Assembly (NCBI GenBank): GCA_029260035.1
Contig: JAJDEA010000079.1
Coordinates: 4,803 to 68,802, forward strand
Length of the DNA stretch: 64,000 nt
From: Phycisphaerae bacterium
GTDB lineage: Bacteria; Planctomycetota; Phycisphaerae; UBA1845
Direction of reading: 5' to 3'
A program made the translations under genes and the position numbers. The notes below the pieces were generated by a model, which searched no databases, was not told where the DNA came from, and saw only the letters and a program-made list of their open reading frames with translations. Within the stretch, counting starts at the first letter, position 1. The number at the start of each line of letters is the position of its first letter. Positions 60,021-64,000 of the stretch are shown one piece after another.

Positions 60021-60950
60021 TCAACGTGTGGCGATCCACGCAAACCGCTCTAACGTAGCCTGAAACCCCCAACGATCGTACATTCGGAGCGCTGGCGCGT
60101 TGCGACAATCCACGGCCAGCGTCACAACTTTGGCACCTACCGAACGAGAATCGTGTAGCGCGCGGTTTAGCAGCGCGTTCGCAACTCCCGTTCCTCTCGA
60201 ACCTTGCGCGACCCCTATGTATACAATCTCCATCGCAGGCTGATCGATCAGCCGATTCAACAGGATGATTCCGACGGGCCGTCCGCCCCGCATGGCGACC
60301 CACCAGAGATTCGGATCGAATTCCCCACTCGCGCGGTGCCCTGCCAACACGTTTTCCGTTGCCCGCAGACCCATAAGTTCCGGACAGTCAAGACTTTGCG
60401 CGTAGCTCGCTTCCAACGCAGCGCAAAACACCGGCTCGTTGCTGACGGAAAACGGAAGCCATCCAATATCCTCAGGAGATTCGAGATTGGGGATCGACGA
60501 GACGCCTCGTGAATAATAAACAAGCGTCGTCAGTTGTCGGAATCCCGCCCGGTTGAGCACATCGGCTACGAATCCCCGATTGAAGGGAGTCAGGGCCTCC
60601 AGGAGGTCAATCTGGTCCTTCCAGGCCAACTGGCAAACGGCGTCCAGGCACAGGTAGGCTGCTTCTTGTGAGAGTTCTGAGGAATTGCGCGCAGGTAGGA
60701 ACACCAACGCAGCACCACCCGGCGATTGGGCCGCCAGACACGCTGAAACGAGCGTAGAGCCTTCGTACGCCCCCTGGAACAACTCAACGGATATCGAACC
60801 AGTCTCAATTGACCTCAAGACATCCGCCACTTGATCGGCCATTGCACCGTCCTCGTGAGGCTCGGCGTCCAAGACGAAATACAGTGCTGACTCAAAGTCC
60901 GGGTCGCTTCGCTTGACCTGTCTAATTTGCATCCGCAATATACTCCACAC
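60021..60950 (-). CDS. GNAT-family N-acetyltransferase (two-domain)
   Basis: C-terminal acetyl-CoA-binding motif VAQGSRGTGVANALLNRAL...MYDRWGF. Confidence 0.65.
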   Translation of the reverse strand: MWSILRMQIRQVKRSDPDFESALYFVLDAEPHEDGAMADQVADVLRSIETGSISVELFQGAYEGSTLVSACLAAQSPGGAALVFLPARNSSELSQEAAYLCLDAVCQLAWKDQIDLLEALTPFNRGFVADVLNRAGFRQLTTLVYYSRGVSSIPNLESPEDIGWLPFSVSNEPVFCAALEASYAQSLDCPELMGLRATENVLAGHRASGEFDPNLWWVAMRGGRPVGIILLNRLIDQPAMEIVYIGVAQGSRGTGVANALLNRALHDSRSVGAKVVTLAVDCRNAPALRMYDRWGFQATLERFAWIATR

Positions 60951-61185
60951 GCCTGAACCCCGAGACCGTCGCCGATCAAGCGATCCTACCTGATATGTTC
61001 AAGCCTCTCGCGAGGCTTCAGTCTATCCCCCGGCGCTATTCGCTTCAATTCGACTCCGCTGCTCTATCGAAATCACCCTTGCCGCGATCCACCAATAGAA
61101 TCGAACATGCTATACTTTGGGTCGCACCGGCAAGTGACGCCTAATAATCGCGACGGTAGACGGCCTAGTTCGCGCGGAGTGAGCA

Positions 61186-61797
61186 ATGTTCAGCATATTG
61201 TGGCCAAGCATGTTGGTCGGTACCGGCCTTGTCATCGCATCAACGGGTGCGGGGCTTGGCGTTGGTTCCTTCCAAACACTTTCGATTGTACGTTGGGTGG
61301 ACGGATGGATTGCGCTCGTCGTCGCCCCCATGCTGCGTTCGCATTCCTGGCTAATACGTTTTTTGATTATCTTTGCCAACAACACCGCCATACTCGCCAT
61401 TGTGTTAGCGGCAGGATTTTGGACTCCCGCAGCGTATTGCGCAATCGTCGCAGTTGGCGTGATGCTTGGAATCGGCTTGAAAGTCTTGAGTGGCAAGACA
61501 GAGGGCGTCTTTGCGAATGAGCAGGACGAGTTGCCAGCGTCTGACTGGCGAATGCTTGTCGGCTTCGCACTCAACATGCTCGAGCCACCAGCCATCATTT
61601 TCACCGTTGGCCTTTCTGTCGGGTTGCATCGACTGCCTCAAGGCACCGAACAGGCTTGGCAGGCATTCTTTGAATGGACTGTCCCCGCATTGGCATTCGC
61701 CGCAGCTGGCGAATCGCTTTGGATTGGCGCACGTCACCAACGGATGGACAATGGCGGACAGGAAAAACCGCATACGAGTGACTCGGATACGCCGTGA
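61186..61797 (+). CDS. Hypothetical polytopic membrane protein
   Basis: 203 aa with ~6 hydrophobic helices. No family recognised. Confidence 0.45.
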   Translation: MFSILWPSMLVGTGLVIASTGAGLGVGSFQTLSIVRWVDGWIALVVAPMLRSHSWLIRFLIIFANNTAILAIVLAAGFWTPAAYCAIVAVGVMLGIGLKVLSGKTEGVFANEQDELPASDWRMLVGFALNMLEPPAIIFTVGLSVGLHRLPQGTEQAWQAFFEWTVPALAFAAAGESLWIGARHQRMDNGGQEKPHTSDSDTP

Positions 61798-62282
61798 TGC
61801 CTACTTCATGTCAGAAATCGGCTCCTTCAAACATCAATCTTTGAAGTGGCCATCTCTCCACAATCCACAATTGCAATTCACTATAGGCTTTGCAGTAAAA
61901 CAAATCGCCGGCAACTTCGTTCAGTCGCGGTTTCGACAGGAACGTCTTAATAGTATGTACGCTGAGGCATGATTATGCCGTGAAAGGTCTTTTTTTCTTG
62001 AACGGATCGCGGGAATCGCATAGAATAACGACTTAAAAATAGATATATAGCAAATAGCGGTTTAGCTGTTGTGCGAATCCGTCCCCAAGTTTGTCCGAAC
62101 TCTGAACTTGGCCGTTCGAGGAGATCGCTCGGCGTCGGAAGGCGATTTCAACAGCGTTAATGGAGGGTTGCCATGACGAGGTGTAGTAATACTCGGCTAA
62201 GGGCTCATCAGGCAGGAAATTCACTTGCATTGCAACGTACGCAGTTCGCAGCATAGAAAAGTCAACTTGTTGGCTCAACAGG

Positions 62283-63791
62283 TTGAAACTCATTGCACTC
62301 CTTTCGCTCGTACTCAGCGCCTCAGTAGCAGCCCAAGTCCCCGCGCCCCCAGTCCCGCCGCAGAATCCTATCACGCCGGCCAAGCGGGTACTCGGCAAGA
62401 TCTTATTTTGGGAGGAGCAACTCTCCAGCGACAACTCAATAGCCTGCGGCACCTGCCATCAGCCATTCCAAGCAACAGCGGATCAACGACTCGCCGTTCA
62501 TCCCGGACTGGATGGTAACCCGGGAACTGCGGACGACGTTATCGGCTCCTTCGGCGTTGAGCGCCGGGACGAGTTCGGTGTACCGGTAAATGATGCGCTA
62601 TTCGGCTTCGATCGTCAGGTAACACCACGATCCGCACAGACGGTTATCAACGGGCTTTGGGCGCCAAACGGCTTTTGGGATGGTCGTGCAACTTCTCAAT
62701 TCGTAGACCCACAAACCGGACTCGTGAGTATCCCAATTGGCGGGGCATTGGAAAGCCAATCGATCGGCCCAATTCTCAACGATGTTGAAATGGCGCGTGA
62801 AAATCGAACTTGGGCAGATGTTATTACGAAGATTGAAAATGCCACACCATTAACACTAGCCACTTACGTCCCGCCCGACATGACTGGGGCCATCGCAGTT
62901 GATCCGACCTACCCAGACCTGTTTGAAGCTGCCTTCGGTGATACAACGATTACGGCCGAGCGTATTGCATTTGCAATAGCGACCTACGAGCGAACGCTTA
63001 TTGCTGATCAGACCCCCTTCGATCTAGGCACAATGACCCCTCAGCAACAACAAGGCCTCAATGTCTTTCTCAATCCGGGTTCTCGTTGTGGGATTTGTCA
63101 TGCACCGCCACTGTTTACCGACAACACGTTTCGCAATATCGGATTGAGGCCAATCCCGGAGGACAACGGACGTCAAGGCGTTACCGGAAACCCTGCAGAC
63201 GCAGGGCGCTTCAAGGTGCCCGGGCTGCGCAACGTGGGTCTGCGGTCGAACTTCATGCACAACGGCCGTCTTTCCACGCTCGGGCAAGTGATCGATTTCT
63301 ATCTCGGGATCAATGGGCAGATACAGTTTCCGGCCAATCAGGATCCGCTGATTCCCGGTATCGTTATGCCTCCGGGGGCTGTTGTAGACCTGATCGAGTT
63401 TTTGAGCGGCGGGCTGACCGATCCAAGGGTAGCTGCGGAGACGTTCCCTTTTGACAGGCCAATCCTCCATAGCGAACAAGGGGACGGAGACCGCGACGGA
63501 GACGTGGATTCCGACGACCTGGCTGCGTTTGTCGCTTGCATAGATGGCACAGTCGGCACAGCTGTCGTTCCAGGATGTGAACGCCTCGACATGGATGGTG
63601 ACGGATTTATGACATGTTCAGACTGGAGCAGCTTTGAGCTTGCATGGACGGAGACCGGCCCTGTACCGGACCTGGGGCTTTGCCTGAGCACCCCTATACC
63701 CGCGGCCTCAGAGTGGGGGATGATCGTATTGGCCCTGTCGGTATTGACACTGGGGTCGCTTACGTTCAGGAAGAAAGTGTCAAGATATTAA
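62283..63791 (+). CDS. Di-heme cytochrome-c-peroxidase/MauG-family protein with dockerin-like Ca-binding repeats and an IPTL-CTERM-like C-terminal sorting tail
   Basis: Signal peptide. Two CxxCH motifs (CGTCHQPF, CGICHAPP). C-terminal DGDRDGDVDSDDLAAFVACIDG and DMDGDGFMTCSDWSSF are dockerin/EF-hand-like. The terminal PIPAASEWGMIVLALSVLTLGSLTFRKK (motif, TM helix, basic tail) resembles the IPTL-CTERM sorting signal. Confidence 0.7.
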   Translation: MKLIALLSLVLSASVAAQVPAPPVPPQNPITPAKRVLGKILFWEEQLSSDNSIACGTCHQPFQATADQRLAVHPGLDGNPGTADDVIGSFGVERRDEFGVPVNDALFGFDRQVTPRSAQTVINGLWAPNGFWDGRATSQFVDPQTGLVSIPIGGALESQSIGPILNDVEMARENRTWADVITKIENATPLTLATYVPPDMTGAIAVDPTYPDLFEAAFGDTTITAERIAFAIATYERTLIADQTPFDLGTMTPQQQQGLNVFLNPGSRCGICHAPPLFTDNTFRNIGLRPIPEDNGRQGVTGNPADAGRFKVPGLRNVGLRSNFMHNGRLSTLGQVIDFYLGINGQIQFPANQDPLIPGIVMPPGAVVDLIEFLSGGLTDPRVAAETFPFDRPILHSEQGDGDRDGDVDSDDLAAFVACIDGTVGTAVVPGCERLDMDGDGFMTCSDWSSFELAWTETGPVPDLGLCLSTPIPAASEWGMIVLALSVLTLGSLTFRKKVSRY

Positions 63792-63823
63792 CACCAAAGG
63801 TAGCCAGCTGGTGCTACGAGGGC

Positions 63824-64000
63824 TAGTAGGGGTTGGGGTTCGGCCCGTTTTGCCACAATTCAAACAACTCCTTGCATTCATCACGCAAGACAAAGGGATG
63901 CACCACTACGGTGCTTCGCCCTTGATCGAATAGCGCCTTGGTTGCGACAGACAGTTCGTTGAAATGGGCCTTTTTCGCGTCAGCAATACTCGCCCCATAG
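63824..64000 (-). CDS. Hypothetical protein, C-terminal fragment (runs off the window)
   Basis: Open minus-strand frame ending ...WQNGPNPNPY with a stop at 63824-63826. The upstream part is outside the window. Confidence 0.25.

Overview
This window looks like a GC-rich bacterial chromosome segment. The gene content (futalosine-pathway mqn genes, dockerin-like and IPTL-CTERM-type C-terminal anchors, di-heme cytochromes) gives it a Planctomycetota-like flavour, but that is inference only. The left third (about 3.2-20.9 kb) is accessory DNA. It holds two tandem, diverged copies of an approximately 8.5-9 kb Mu-like element derived from a transposable phage. Each copy carries two to three small HTH regulators, a MuA-like DDE transposase, a MuB-like AAA+ ATPase and a GemA/gp16-like protein, flanked by conserved end blocks, with no phage structural genes. 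Each copy also carries a different two-gene cargo in the position where phage Mu has its repressor c gene, at the left end. Copy 1 has a repressor-like HTH protein plus a Hanks-type Ser/Thr kinase. Copy 2 has a homologous HTH protein plus a small membrane protein. Copy 2 has a Walker-A Lys-to-Glu change in its MuB-like ATPase and a degraded left end. Upstream of the elements lie a Fic gene and a tRNA 3'-half-like fragment. The right two thirds is core chromosome. It contains a CzcA/CusA-type RND efflux pump with an unusual Cys/His-repeat fusion protein, a tandem di-heme DUF1111 lipoprotein, flotillin/NfeD, a Kv-type K+ channel, tRNA-Pro and tRNA-Gly, and a betaine-type ABC transporter next to an orphan EgtD. 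It also contains mqnA-like and radical-SAM mqn genes, CstA, a desaturase and a glycosyltransferase sharing a ~100-bp palindromic leader, MutS, MnmA, DnaA with a probable oriC, and a cytochrome-c-peroxidase-like protein with dockerin-like repeats and an IPTL-CTERM-like tail.
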